DNA of 64,000 bases, taken from Chlorokybus atmophyticus (lineage: Eukaryota; Plantae; Mesostigma and Chlorokybus algae). This document shows positions 63,964 to 64,000 of this stretch, in pieces. The stretch covers positions 62,001 to 126,000 of the forward strand of contig RHPI01000638.1 in NCBI GenBank assembly GCA_009103225.1, written 5' to 3'. A model generated the notes under the pieces. That model was not told the origin of the DNA. It was given only the letters and a program-made list of their open reading frames with translations, and made no database searches. Each line of letters opens with the position of its first letter. Position 1 is the first letter of the stretch. A program made the translations under genes and the position numbers.

Positions 63964-64000
63964 GACTCGACCGTCTTGCTAAGTCTGGAGTCCACGCGCT

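Overview
Eukaryotic nuclear DNA with short spliceosomal introns (many filled with CA/GT/GCAC repeats), microsatellites and six assembly gaps. Plant-like VPS2, PAP and CaM-KMT genes sit beside a SPAG1-like dynein-assembly gene, so this is most likely a flagellated green alga, plausibly an early-diverging streptophyte (inference, not a database result). Bases 1-10,500 are a repeat and pseudogene-rich zone. About 12 multi-exon genes were traced by hand: an orphan low-complexity protein, NAD-dependent D-lactate dehydrogenase, a CCD8-like carotenoid cleavage dioxygenase, calmodulin-lysine N-methyltransferase, a PAP29-like metallophosphoesterase, a secreted triple-malectin/Pro-rich/GH81 beta-1,3-glucanase, a long coiled-coil protein, a protein with a FAM47-like C-terminal motif, VPS2/CHMP2A, a histidine phosphatase, a SPAG1-like TPR protein and a PHYHD1-like dioxygenase, plus a further orphan. 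Best leads: the 3x malectin-GH81 fusion, the intact CCD8-like enzyme, a HET-domain-like pseudogene between LTR-like repeats whose frame is restored by removing a 20-nt templated insertion, three GC-AG introns, and a dispersed repeat family built on a 53-bp unit. No CRISPR array, rRNA or intact tRNA was found. All family assignments are from motif recognition, not searches.
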